This document shows, piece after piece, positions 39,500-53,100 of a stretch of DNA of 64,000 nucleotides; within the stretch, counting starts at the first letter, position 1; every line of letters begins with the position of its first letter. The stretch spans positions 20,460,001-20,524,000 of the forward strand of contig OZ024753.1 in the NCBI GenBank assembly GCA_964016885.1, written 5' to 3'. Under the pieces are notes generated by a model. The model made no database searches and was not told the origin of the DNA. It saw only the letters and a program-made list of their open reading frames with translations. The translations under genes and the position numbers were made by a program. The stretch is from Eledone cirrhosa (Eukaryota).

Positions 39500-42400
39500 T
39501 ACAGTGTAGTGTCTGGGGTGTTGGGAAGGATAGGTGTGTGTTGTGATACAGTGTAGTGTCTGGGGTGTTGGGAAGGATCTGTGTGTGTTGTGATACAGTG
39601 TAGTGTCTGGGGAGTTGGGAAGGATCTGTGTGTGTTGTGATACAGTGTAGTGCCTAGGGAGTTGGGAAGGATCTGTGTGTGTTGTGATACAGTATAGTGT
39701 CTGGGGAGTTGGGAAGGATCTGTGTGTGTTGTGATACAGTATAGTGTCTGGGGTTTTGGGAAGGATCTGTGTGTGTTGTGATAGAGTGTAGTGTCTGTGG
39801 TGTTGGGAAGGATCTGTGTGTGTTGTGATACAGTGTAGTGTCTGGGGTGTTGGGAAGAATCTGTGTGTGTTGTGATACAGTATAGTGTCTGGGGAGTTGG
39901 GAAGGATCTGTGTGTGTTGTGATACAGTATAGTGTCTTGGGTGTTGGGAAGGATCTGTGTGTGTTGTGATACAGTGTAGTGTCTGGGGAGTTGGGGAGGA
40001 TCTGTGTGTGTTGTGATACAGTGTAGTGTCTGGGAAGTTGGGAAGGATCTGTGTGTGTTGTGATACAGTATAGTGTCTGGGGAGTTGGGAAGGATCTGTG
40101 TGTGTTGTGATACAGTATAGTGTCTGGGGTGTTGTGAAGGATCTGTGTGTGTTGTGATACAGTGTAGTGTCTGGGGTGTTGGGAAGGATCTGTGTGTGTT
40201 GTGATACAGTGTAGTGTCTGGGGTGATGGGAAGGATCTGTGTGTGTTGTGATACAGTATAGTGTCTGGGGAGTTGGGAAGGATCGGTGTGTGTTGGGATA
40301 CAGTATAGTGTCTGGGGTGTTGGGAAGGATCTGTGTGTGTTGTGATACAGTGTAGTGTCTGGGGAGTTGGGAAGGATATGTGTGTGTTGTGATACAGTGT
40401 AGTGTCTGGGGAGTTGGGAAGGATCTGTGTGTGGTGTGATACAGTGTAGTGTCTGGAGAGTTGGGAAGGATCTGTGTGTGTTGTGATACAGTGTAGTGTC
40501 TGGGGAGTTGGGAAGGATCTGTGTGTGTTGTGATACAGTGTAGTGTCTGGGGAGTTGGGAAGCATCTGTGTGTGTTGTGATACAGTGTAGTGTCTGGGGA
40601 GTTGGGAAGGATCTGTGTGTGTTGTGATACAGTATAGTATCTGGGGAGTTGGGAAGGATCTGTGTGTGTTGTGATACAGTGTAGTGTCTGGGGAGTTGGG
40701 AAGGATCTGTGTGTGTTGTGATACAGTATAGTGTCTGGGGTGTTGGGAAGGATCTGTGTGTGTTGTGATACAGTATAGTGTCTGGGGAGTTGGGAAGGAT
40801 CGGTGTGTGTTGTGATACAGTATAGTGTCTGGGGAGTTGGGAAGGATCTGTGTGTGTTGTGATACAGTATAGTGTCTGGTGTGTTGGGAAGGATCTGTGT
40901 GTGTTGTGATACAGTGTAGTGTCTGGGAAGTTGGGAAGGATCTGTGTGTGTTGTGATACAGTATAGTGTCTGGGGTGTTGGAAGGATCTGTGTGTGTTGT
41001 GATACAGTGTAGTGTCTGGGGAGTTGGGAAGGATCTGTGTGTGTTGTGATACAGTATAGTGTCTGGGGTGTTGGGAAGGAACTGTGTGTGTTGTGATACA
41101 GTGTAGTGTCTGGGAAGTTGGGAAGGATCTGTGTGTGTTGTGATACAGTATAGTGTCTGGGGAGTTGGGAAGGATCTGTGTGTGTTGTGATACAGTATAG
41201 TGTCTGGGGTGTTGGGAAGGATCTGTGTGTGTTGTGATACAGTGTAGTGTCTGGGGTGTTGGGAAGGATCTGTGTGTGTTGTGATACAGTGTAGTGTCTG
41301 GGGTGTTGGGAAGGATCTGTGTGTGTTGTGATACAGTATAGTGTCTGGGGAGTTGGGAAGGATCGGTGTGTGTTGGGATACAGTATAGTGTCTGGGGTGT
41401 TGGGAAGGATCTGTGTGTGTTGTGATACAGTGTAGTGTCTGGGGAGTTGGGAAGGATATGTGTGTGTTGTGATACAGTGTAGTGTCTGGGGAGTTGGGAA
41501 GGATCTGTGTGTGGTGTGATACAGTGTAGTGTCTGGAGAGTTGGGAAGGATCTGTGTGTGTTGTGATACAGTGTAGTGTCTGGGGAGTTGGGAAGGATCT
41601 GTGTGTGTTGTGATACAGTGTAGTGTCTGGGGAGTTGGGAAGCATCTGTGTGTGTTGTGATACAGTGTAGTGTCTGGGGAGTTGGGAAGGATCTGTGTGT
41701 GTTGTGATACAGTGTAGTGTCTGGGGTGTTGGGAAGGATCTGTGTGTGTTGTGATACAGTGTAGTGTCTGGGGAGTTGGGAAGGATCTGTGTGTGTTGTG
41801 ATACAGTGTAGTGTCTGGGGAGTTGGGAAGGATCTGTGTGTGTTGTGATACAGTATAGTGTCTGGGGTGTTGGGAAGGATAGGTGTGTGTTGTGATACAG
41901 TGTAGTGTCTGGGGTGTTGGGAAGGATCTGTGTGTGTTGTGATACAGTGTAGTGTCTGGGGAGTTGGGAAGGATCTGTGTGTGTTGTGATACAGTGTAGT
42001 GCCTAGGGAGTTGGGAAGGATCTGTGTGTGTTGTGATACAGTATAGTGTCTGGGGAGTTGGGAAGGATCTGTGTGTGTTGTGATACAGTATAGTGTCTGG
42101 GGTTTTGGGAAGGATCTGTGTGTGTTGTGATAGAGTGTAGTGTCTGTGGTGTTGGGAAGGATCTGTGTGTGTTGTGATACAGTGTAGTGTCTGGGGTGTT
42201 GGGAAGAATCTGTGTGTGTTGTGATACAGTATAGTGTCTGGGGAGTTGGGAAGGATCTGTGTGTGTTGTGATACAGTATAGTGTCTTGGGTGTTGGGAAG
42301 GATCTGTGTGTGTTGTGATACAGTGTAGTGTCTGGGGAGTTGGGGAGGATCTGTGTGTGTTGTGATACAGTGTAGTGTCTGGGAAGTTGGGAAGGATCTG

Positions 42401-44100
42401 TGTGTGTTGTGATACAGTATAGTGTCTGGGGAGTTGGGAAGGATCTGTGTGTGTTGTGATACAGTATAGTGTCTGGGGTGTTGTGAAGGATCTGTGTGTG
42501 TTGTGATACAGTGTAGTGTCTGGGGTGTTGGGAAGGATCTGTGTGTGTTGTGATACAGTGTAGTGTCTGGGGTGATGGGAAGGATCTGTGTGTGTTGTGA
42601 TACAGTATAGTGTCTGGGGAGTTGGGAAGGATCGGTGTGTGTTGGGATACAGTATAGTGTCTGGGGTGTTGGGAAGGATCTGTGTGTGTTGTGATACAGT
42701 GTAGTGTCTGGGGAGTTGGGAAGGATCTGTGTGTGTTGTGATACAGTGTAGTGTCTGGGGAGTTGGGAAGGATCTGTGTGTGGTGTGATACAGTGTAGTG
42801 TCTGGAGAGTTGGGAAGGATCTGTGTGTGTTGTGATACAGTGTAGTGTCTGGGGAGTTGGGAAGGATCTGTGTGTGTTGTGATACAGTGTAGTGTCTGGG
42901 GAGTTGGGAAGCATCTGTGTGTGTTGTGATACAGTGTAGTGTCTGGGGAGTTGGGAAGGATCTGTGTGTGTTGTGATACAGTATAGTATCTGGGGAGTTG
43001 GGAAGGATCTGTGTGTGTTGTGATACAGTGTAGTGTCTGGGGAGTTGGGAAGGATCTGTGTGTGTTGTGATACAGTATAGTGTCTGGGGTGTTGGGAAGG
43101 ATCTGTGTGTGTTGTGATACAGTATAGTGTCTGGGGAGTTGGGAAGGATCTGTGTGTGTTGTGATACAGTATAGTGTCTGGGGTGTTGGAAGGATCTGTG
43201 TGTGTTGTGATACAGTGTAGTGTCTGGGGAGTTGGGAAGGATCTGTGTGTGTTGTGATACAGTATAGTGTCTGGTGTGTTGGGAAGGATCTGTGTGTGTT
43301 GTGATACAGTGTAGTGTCTGGGAAGTTGGGAAGGATCTGTGTGTGTTGTGATACAGTATAGTGTCTGGGGTGTTGGAAGGATCTGTGTGTGTTGTGATAC
43401 AGTGTAGTGTCTGGGGAGTTGGGAAGGATCTGTGTGTGTTGTGATACAGTATAGTGTCTGGGGTGTTGGGAAGGATCTGTGTGTGTTGTGATACAGTGTA
43501 GTGTCTGGGAAGTTGGGAAGGATCTGTGTGTGTTGTGATACAGTATAGTGTCTGGGGAGTTGGGAAGGATCTGTGTGTGTTGTGATACAGTATAGTGTCT
43601 GGGGTGTTGGGAAGGATCTGTGTGTGTTGTGATACAGTGTAGTGTCTGGGGTGTTGGGAAGGATCTGTGTGTGTTGTGATACAGTGTAGTGTCTGGGGTG
43701 TTGGGAAGGATCTGTGTGTGTTGTGATACAGTATAGTGTCTGGGGAGTTGGGAAGGATCGGTGTGTGTTGGGATACAGTATAGTGTCTGGGGTGTTGGGA
43801 AGGATCTGTGTGTGTTGTGATACAGTGTAGTGTCTGGGGAGTTGGGAAGGATATGTGTGTGTTGTGATACAGTGTAGTGTCTGGGGAGTTGGGAAGGATC
43901 TGTGTGTGGTGTGATACAGTGTAGTGTCTGGAGAGTTGGGAAGGATCTGTGTGTGTTGTGATACAGTGTAGTGTCTGGGGAGTTGGGAAGGATCTGTGTG
44001 TGTTGTGATACAGTGTAGTGTCTGGGGAGTTGGGAAGCATCTGTGTGTGTTGTGATACAGTGTAGTGTCTGGGGAGTTGGGAAGGATCTGTGTGTGTTGT
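39500..44100 (+). repeat. Tandem duplication, offset ~2349 bp (50 monomers - 1 bp)
   Basis: GGATAGGTG (AGGT at 39532/41881), followed in the same order by CTGTGGTG, TTGTGAAGG, GGTGATGGG and GATCGGTG. ORF stops fall at 39654/42003. Confidence 0.85.
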
Positions 44101-47100
44101 GATACAGTGTAGTGTCTGGGGTGTTGGGAAGGATCTGTGTGTGTTGTGATACAGTGTAGTGTCTGGGGTGTTGGGAAGGATCTGTGTGTGTTGTGATACA
44201 GTATAGTGTCTGGGGAGTTGGGAAGGATCTGTGTGTGTTGTGATACGGTATAGTGTCTGGGGTGTTGGAAGGATCTGTGTGTGTTGTGATACAGTGTAGT
44301 GTCTGGGGAGTTGGGAAGGATCTGTGTGTGTTGTGATACAGTATAGTGTCTGGTGTGTTGGGAAGGATCTGTGTGTGTTGTGATACAGTGTAGTGTCTGG
44401 GGTGTTGGGAAGGATCTGTGTGTGTTGTGATACAGTGTAGTGTCTGGGGTGTTGGGAAGGATCTGTGTGTGTTGTGATACAGTATAGTGTCTGGGGAGTT
44501 GGGAAGGATCTGTGTGTGTTGTGATACAGTATAGTGTCTGGGGTGTTGGGAAGGATCTGTGTGTGTTGTGATACAGTGTAGTGTCTGGGGAGTTGGGATG
44601 GATCTGTGTGTGTTGTGATACAGTGTAGTGTCTGGGGAGTTGGGAAGGATCTGTGTGTGTTGTGATATAGTGTAGTGTCTGGGGAGTTGGGAAGGATCTG
44701 TGTGTGTTGTGATACAGTGTAGTGTCTGGGGAGTTGGGAAGGATCTGTGTGTGTTGTGATACAGTATAGTGTCTGGTGTGTTGGGAAGGATCTGTGTGTG
44801 TTGTGATACAGTGTAGTGTCTGGGGTGTTGGGAAGGATCTGTGTGTGTTGTGATACAGTGAAGTGTCTGGGGAGTTGGGAAGGATCTGTGTGTGTTGTGA
44901 TACAGTGTAGTGTCTGGGGTGTTGGGAAGAATCTGTGTGTGTTGTGATACAGTATAGTGTCTGGGGAGTTGGGAAGGATCTGTGTGTGTTGTGATACAGT
45001 ATAGTGTCTTGGGTGTTGGGAAGGATCTGTGTGTGTTGTGATACAGTGTAGTGTCTGGGGAGTTGGGGAGGATCTGTGTGTGTTGTGATACAGTGTAGTG
45101 TCTGGGGAGTTGGGAAGGATCTGTGTGTGGTGTGATACAGTGTAGTGTCTGGAGAGTTGGGAAGGATCTGTGTGTGTTGTGATACAGTGTAGTGTCTGGG
45201 GAGTTGGGAAGGATCTGTGTGTGTTGTGATACAGTATAGTGTCTGGGGAGTTGGGAAGGATATGTGTGTGTTGTAATACAGTATAGTGTCTGGGGAGTTG
45301 GGAAGGATCTGTGTGTGTTGTGATACAGTATAGTGTCTGGGGAGTTGGGAAGGATCTGTGTGTGTTGTGATACAGTGTAGTGTCTGATGAGTTGGGAAGG
45401 ATCTGTGTGTGTTGTGATACAGTGTGTTGTCTGGGGTGTTGCAAAGGATCTGTGTGTGTTGTGATACAGTATAGTGTCTGGGAAGTTGGGAAGGATCTGT
45501 GTGTGTTGTGATACAGTATAGTGTCTGGGGAGTTGGGAAGGATCTGTGTGTGTTGTGATACAGTATAGTGTCTGGGGTGTTGGGAAGGATCTGTGTGTGT
45601 TGTGATACAGTGTAGTGTCTGGGGTGTTGGGAAGGATCTGTGTGTGTTGTGATACAGTGTAGTGTCTGGGGTGTTGGGAAGGATCTGTGTGTGTTGTGAT
45701 ACAGTATAGTGTCTGGGGAGTTGGGAAGGATCTGTGTGTGTTGGGATACAGTATAGTGTCTGGGGTGTTGGGAAGGATCTGTGTGTGTTGTGATACAGTG
45801 TAGTGTCTGGGGAGTTGGGAAGGATATGTGTGTGTTGTGATACAGTGTAGTGTCTGGGGAGTTGGGAAGGATCTGTGTGTGGTGTGATACAGTGTAGTGT
45901 CTGGAGAGTTGGGAAGGATCTGTGTGTGTTGTGATACAGTGTAGTGTCTGGGGAGTTGGGAAGGATCTGTGTGTGTTGTGATACAGTGTAGTGTCTGGGG
46001 AGTTGGGAAGCATCTGTGTGTGTTGTGATACAGTGTAGTGTCTGGGGAGTTGGGAAGGATCTGTGTGTGTTGTGATACAGTATAGTATCTGGGGAGTTGG
46101 GAAGGATCTGTGTGTGTTGTGATACAGTGTAGTGTCTGGGGAGTTGGGAAGGATCTGTGTGTGTTGTGATACAGTATAGTGTCTGGGGTGTTGGGAAGGA
46201 TCTGTGTGTGTTGTGATACAGTATAGTGTCTGGGGAGTTGGGAAGGATATGTGTGTGTTGTGATACAGTATAGTGTCTGGGGTGTTGGAAGGATCTGTGT
46301 GTGTTGTGATACAGTGTAGTGTCTGGGGAGTTGGGAAGGATCTGTGTGTGTTGTGATACAGTATAGTGTCTGGTGTGTTGGGAAGGATCTGTGTGTTGTG
46401 ATACAGTGTAGTGTCTGGGGTGTTGGGAAGGATCTGTGTGTGTTGTGATACAGTGTAGTGTCTGGGGTGTTGGGAAGGATCTGTGTGTGTTGTGATACAG
46501 TATAGTGTCTGGGGAGTTGGGAAGGAACTGTGTGTGTTGTGATACAGTATAGTGTGTGGGGAGTTGGGAAGGATCTGTGTGTGTTGTGATACAGTATAGT
46601 GTCTGGGGTGTTGGGAAGGATCTGTGTGTGTTGTGATACAGTGTAGTGTCTGGGGAGTTGGGATGGATCTGTGTGTGTTGTGATACAGTGTAGTGTCTGG
46701 GGAGTTGGGAAGGATCTGTGTGTGTTGTGATACAGTGTAGTGTCTGGGGAGTTGGGAAGGATCTGTGTGTGTTGTGATACAGTATAGTGTCTGGGGAGTT
46801 GGGAAGGATCTGTGTGTGTTGTGATACAGTATAGTGTCTGGGGAGTTGGGAAGGATCTGTGTGTGTTGTGATACAGTATAGTGTCTGGGGTGTTGGGAAG
46901 GATCTGTGTGTGTTGTGATACAGTGTAGTGTCTGGGGAGTTGGGATGGATCTGTGTGTGTTGTGATACAGTGTAGTGTCTGGGGAGTTGGGAAGGATCTG
47001 TGTGTGTTGTGATACAGTGTAGTGTCTGGGGCGTTGGGAAGGATCTGTGTGTGTTGTGATACAGTGTAGTGTCTGGGGAGTTGGGAAGGATCTGTGTGTG

Positions 47101-50100
47101 TTGTGATACAGTATAGTGTCTGGGGTGTTGGGAAGGATCTGTGTGTGTTGTGATACAGTGTAGTGTCTGGGGTGTTGGGAAGGATCTGTGTGTGTTGTGA
47201 TACAGTATAGTGTCTGGGGAGTTGGGAAGGATCTGTGTGTGTTGTGATACAGTATAGTGTCTGGGGTGTTGGGAAGGATCTGTGTGTGTTGTGATACAGT
47301 GTAGTGTCGGGGGAGTTGGGAAGGATCTGTGTGTGTTGTGATACAGTGTAGTGCCTAGGGAGTTGGGAAGGATCTGTGTGTGTTGTGATACAGTATAGTG
47401 TCTGGGGAGTTGGGAAGGATCTGTGTGTGTTGTGATACAGTATAGTGTCTGGGGTTTTGGGAAGGATCTGTGTGTGTTGTGATAGAGTGTAGTGTCTGGG
47501 GTGTTGGGAAGGATCTGTGTGTGTTGTGATACAGTGTAGTGTCTGGGGTGTTGGGAAGAATCTGTGTGTGTTGTGATACAGTATAGTGTCTGGGGAGTTG
47601 GGAAGGATCTGTGTGTGTTGTGATACAGTATAGTGTCTTGGGTGTTGGGAAGGATCTGTGTGTGTTGTGATACAGTGTAGTGTCTGGGGAGTTGGGAAGG
47701 ATCTGTGTGTGGTGTGATACAGTGTAGTGTCTGGAGAGTTGGGAAGGATTTGTGTGTGTTGTGATACAGTGTAGTGTCTGGGGAGTTGGGAAGGATCTGT
47801 GTGTGTTGTGATACAGTATAGTGTCTGGGGAGTTGGGAAGGATATGTGTGTGTTGTGATACAGTATAGTGTCTGGGGAGTTGGGAAGGATCTGTGTGTGT
47901 TGTGATACAGTATAGTGTCTGGGGTGTTGGGAAGGATCTGTGTGTGTTGTGATACAGTGTAGTGTCTGATGAGTTGGGAAGGATCTGTGTGTGTTGTGAT
48001 ACAGTGTGTTGTCTGGGGTGTTGGGAAGGATCTGTGTGTGTTGTGATACAGTATAGTGTCTGGGAAATTGGGAAGGATCTGTGTGTGTTGTGATACAGTA
48101 TAGTGTCTGGGGAGTTGGGAAGGATCTGTGTGTGTTGTGATACAGTATAGTGTCTGGGGTGTTGGGAAGGATCTGTGTGTGTTGTGATACAGTGTAGTGT
48201 CTGGGGTGTTGGGAAGGATCTGTGTGTGTTGTGATACAGTGTAGTGTCTGGGGTGTTGGGAAGGATCTGTGTGTGTTGTGATACAGTATAGTGTCTGGGG
48301 AGTTGGGAAGGATCTGTGTGTGTTGGGATACAGTATAGTGTCTGGGGTGTTGGGAAGGATCTGTGTGTGTTGTGATACAGTGTAGTGTCTGGGGAGTTGG
48401 GAAGGATCTGTGTGTGTGTTGTGATACAGTGTAGTGTTTGGGGAGTTGGGAAGGATCTGTGTGTGTTGTGATACAGTGTAGTGTCTGGGGAGTTGGGAAG
48501 GGTCTGTGTGTGTTGTGATACAGTGTAGTGTCTGGGGAGTTGGGAAGGATCTGTGTGTGTTGTGATACAGTATAGTGTCTGGGGAGTTGGGAAGGATCTG
48601 TGTGTGTTGTGATACAGTATAGTGTCTGGGGTGTTGGGAAGGATCTGTGTGTGTTGTGATGCAGTGTAGTGTCTGGGGAGTTGGGAAGGATCTGTGTGTG
48701 TTGTGATACAGTGTAGTGTCTGGGGAGTTGGGAAGGATCTGTGTGTGTTGTGATACAGTGTAGTGTCTGGGGAGTTGGGAAGGATGTGTGTGTGTTGTGA
48801 TACAGTGTAGTGACTGGGGAGTTGGGAAGGATATGTGTGTGTTGTGATACAGTATAGTGTCTGGGGTGTTGGGAAGGATATGTGTGTGTTGTGATACAGT
48901 GTAGTGTCTGGGGTGTTGGGAAGGATCTATGTGTGTTGTGATACAGTATAGTGTCTGGGGAGTTGGGAAGGATCTGTGTGTGTTGTGATACAGTATAGTG
49001 TCTGGTGTGTTGGGAAGGATCTGTGTGTGTTGTGATACAGTGTAGTGTCTGGGGAGTTGGGAAGGATCTGTGTGTGTTGTGATACAGTGTAGTGTCTAGG
49101 GAGTTGGGAAGGATCTGTGTGTGTTGTGATACAGTATAGTGTCTGGGGAGTTGGGAAGGATCTGTGTGTGTTGTGATACAGTATAGTGTCTGGTGTGTTG
49201 GGAAGGATCTGTGTGTGTTGTGATACAGTGTAGTGTCTGGCGTGTTGGGAAGGATCTGTGTGTGTTGTGATACAGTGTAGTGTCTGGGGTGTTGGGAAGG
49301 ATCTGTGTGTGTTGTGATACAGTATAGTGTCTGGGGAGTTGGGAAGGATCTGTGTGCGTTGTGATACAGTATAGTGTCTGGGGTGTTGGGAAGGATCTGT
49401 GTGTGTTGTGATACAGTGTAGTGTCTGGGGTGTTGGGAAGGATCTGTGTGTGTTGTGATACAGTGTAGTGTCTGGGGTGTTGGGAAGGATCTGTGTGTGT
49501 TGTGATACAGTATAGTGTCTGGGGAGTTGGGAAGGATCTGTGTGTGTTGTGATACAGTATAGTGTCTTGGGTCTTGGGAAGGATCTGTGTGTGTTGTGAT
49601 ACAGTGTAGTGTCTGGGGAGTTGGGAGGGATCTGTGTGTGTTGTGATACAGTGTAGTGACTGGGGAGTTGGGAAGGATCTGTGTGTGTTGTGATACAGTA
49701 TAGTGTCTGGGGTGTTGGGAAGGATATGTGTGTGTTGTGATACAGTGTAGTGTCTGGGGTGTTGGGAAGGATCTATGTGTGTTGTGATACAGTATAGTGT
49801 CTGGGGAGTTGGGAAGGATCTGTGTGTGTTGTGATACAGTATAGTGTCTGGTGTGTTGGGAAGGATCTGTGTGTGATGTGATACAGTGTAGTGTCTGGGG
49901 AGTTGGGAAGGATCTGTGTGTGTTGTGATACAGTGTAGTGTCTAGGGAGTTGGGAAGGATCTGTGTGTGTTGTGATACAGTATAGTGTCTGGGGAGTTGG
50001 GAAGGATCTGTGTGTGTGGTGATACAGTATAGTGTCTGGTGTGTTGGGAAGGATCTGTGTGTGTTGTGATACAGTGTAGTGTCTGGGGAGTTGGGAAGGA

Positions 50101-53100
50101 TCTGTGTGTGTTGTGATACAGTGTAGTGTCTGGGGAGTTGGGAAGGATCTGTGTGTGTTGTGATACAGTGTAGTGTCTGGGGAGTTGGGAAGGATCTGTG
50201 TGTGTTGTGATACAGTATAGTGTCTGGGGAGTTGGGAAGGATCTGTGTGTGTTGTGATCCAGTATAGTGTCTGGGGAGTTGGGAAGGATCTGTGTGTGTT
50301 GTGATACAGTGTAGTGTCTGGGGAGTTGGGAAGGATCTGTGTGTGTTGTGATACAGTGTAGTGTCTGGGGAGTTGGGAAGGATCTGTGTGTGTTGTGATA
50401 CAGTGTAGTGACTGGGGAGTTGGGAAGGATCTGTGTGTGTTGTGATACAGTATAGTGTCTGGGGTGTTGGTAAGGATCTGTGTGTGTTGTGATACAGTGT
50501 AGTGTCTGGGGTGTTGGGAAGGATCTGTGTGTGTTGTGATACAGTATAGTGTCTGGGGAGTTGGGAAGGATCTGTGTGTGTTCTGATACAGTATAGTGTC
50601 TGGGGTGTTGGGAAGGATCTGTGTGTGTTGTGATACAGTGTAGTGTCTGGGGATTTGGGAAGGATCTGTGTGTGTTGTGATACAGTGTAGTGTCTAGGGA
50701 GTTGGGAAGGATCTGTGTGTGTTGTGATACAGTATAGTGTCTGGGGAGTTGGGAAGGATCTGTGTGCGTTGTGATACAGTATAGTGTCTGGGGTGTTGGG
50801 AAGGATCTGTGTGTGTTGTGATACAGTGTAGTGTCTGGGGTGTTGGGAAGGATCTGTGTGTGTTGTGATACAGTGTAGTGTCTGGGGTGTTGGGAAGGAT
50901 CTGTGTGTGTTGTGATACAGTATAGTGTCTGGGGAGTTGGGAAGGATCTGTGTGTGTTGTGATACAGTATAGTGTCTTGGGTGTTGGGAAGGATCTGTGT
51001 GTGTTGTGATACAGTGTAGTGTCTGGGGAGTTGGGAAGGATATGTGTGTGTTGTGATACAGTGTAGTGTCTGGGGAGTTGGGAAGGATCTGTGTGTGGTG
51101 TGATACAGTGTAGTGTCTGGAGAGTTGGGAAGGATCTGTGTGTGTTGTGATACAGTGTAGTGTCTGGGGAGTTGGGAAGGATCTGTGTGTGTTGTGATAC
51201 AGTGTAGTGTCTGGGGAGTTGGGAAGCATCTGTGTGTGTTGTGATACAGTGTAGTGTCTGGGGAGTTGGGAAGGATCTGTGTGTGTTGTGATACAGTATA
51301 GTATCTGGGGAGTTGGGAAGGATCTGTGTTTGTTGTGATACAGTGTAGTGTCTGGGGAGTTGGGAAGGATCTGTGTGTGTTGTGATACAGTATAGTGTCT
51401 GGGGTGTTGGGAAGGATCTGTGTGTGTTGTGATACAGTATAGTGTCTAGGGAGTTGGGAAGGATCTGTGTGTGTTGTGATACAGTATAGTGTCTGGGGTG
51501 TTGGAAGGATCTGTGTGTGTTGTGATACAGTGTAGTGTCTGGGGAGTTGGGAAGGATCTGTGTGTGTTGTGATACAGTATAGTGTCTGGGGTGTTGGGAA
51601 GGATCTGTGTGTGTTGTGATACAGTATAGTGTCTGGGGAGTTCGGAAGGATCTGTGTGTGTTGTGATACAGTAGAGTGTCTAGGGAGTTGGGAAGGATCT
51701 GTGTGTGTTGTGAAACAGTATAGTGTCTGGGGAGTTGGGAAGGAACTGTGTTTGTTGTGATACAGTGTAGTGTCTGGGGAGTTGGGAAGGAACTGTGTTT
51801 GTTGTGATACAGTGTAGTATCTGGGGATTTGGGAATGATCCGTGTGTGTTGTGATGCAGTATAGTGTCTGGGGAGTTGGGAAGGAACTGTGTTTGTTGTG
51901 ATACAGTATAGTCTCTGGGGATTTAGGAATGATCTGTGTTTGTTGTGATACATTGTAGAGGCTGGGGAGTTGGCAAGAGTTTCTGTGTGTGTTGTGATAC
52001 AGTGTAGTGTCTGGGGAGTTGGGAAGGATATGTGTGTTGTGATACAGTGTAGTATCTGGGTAGTTGGGAAGGATATGTGTGTGTTGTGATACAGTGTAGT
52101 GTCTGGGGAGTTGGGAAGGATATGTGTGTGTTGTGATACAGTATAGTGTCTGGGGAGTTGGGAAGGAACTGTGTTTGTTGTGATACAGTATAGTGTCTGG
52201 GGACTTGGGAATGATCTGTGTGTGTTGTGATACAGTGTAGTGTCTGGGGAGTTGGGAAGGATATGTGTATATTGTGATACAGTTTAGTGTCTGGGGTGTT
52301 GGGAAGGATCTGTGTGTTGGGATAAAGTGTAGTGTCTGGGGAGTTGGGAAGGATGTGTGTGTGTTGTGATACATTGTAGAGTCTGGGGTGTTGGGAAGGA
52401 TCTGTGTGTGTTGTGATACAGTATAGTGTCTGGGGAGTTGGGAAGGATCTGTGTGTGTTGTGATACAGTATAGTGTCTGGGGTGTTGGAAGGATCTGTGT
52501 GTGTTGTGATACAGTGTAGTGTCTGGGGAGTTGGGAAGGATCTGTGTGTGTTGTGATACAGTATAGTGTCTGGGGTGTTGGGAAGGATCTGTGTGTGTTG
52601 TGATACAGTATAGTGTCTTGGGAGTTGGGAAGGATCTGTGTGTGTTGTGCTACAGTAGAGTGTCTGGGGAGTTGGGAAGGATCTGTGTGTGTTGTGATAC
52701 AGTATAGTGTCTGGGGAGTTGGGAAGGAACTGTGTTTGTTGTGATACAGTGTAGTGTCTGGGGAGTTGGGAAGGAACTGTGTTTGTTGTGATACAGTGTA
52801 GTGTCTGGGGATTTGGGAATGATCTGTGTGTGTTGTGATGCAGTATAGTGTCTGGGGAGTTGGGAAGGAACTGTGTTTGTTGTGATACAGTATAGTCTCT
52901 GGGGATTTAGGAATGATCTGTGTTTGTTGTGATACATTGTAGAGGCTGGGGAGTTGGCAAGAGTTTCTGTGTGTGTTGTGATACAGTGTAGTGTCTGGGG
53001 AGTTGGGAAGAATATGTGTGTTGTGATACAGTGTAGTATCTGGGGAGTTGGGAAGGATATGTGTGTGTTGTGATACAGTGTAGTGTCTGGGGAGTTGGGA

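Noticed and set aside
36842-51229. 4795-aa ORF (and the other minus-strand ORFs) as real mucin-like or adhesin genes
   Set aside because: The nucleotide period is not a multiple of 3 and the same peptide appears in all frames. There is no unique N- or C-terminus or signal peptide, starts and stops are single-base monomer variants, and no codon-position bias is possible.
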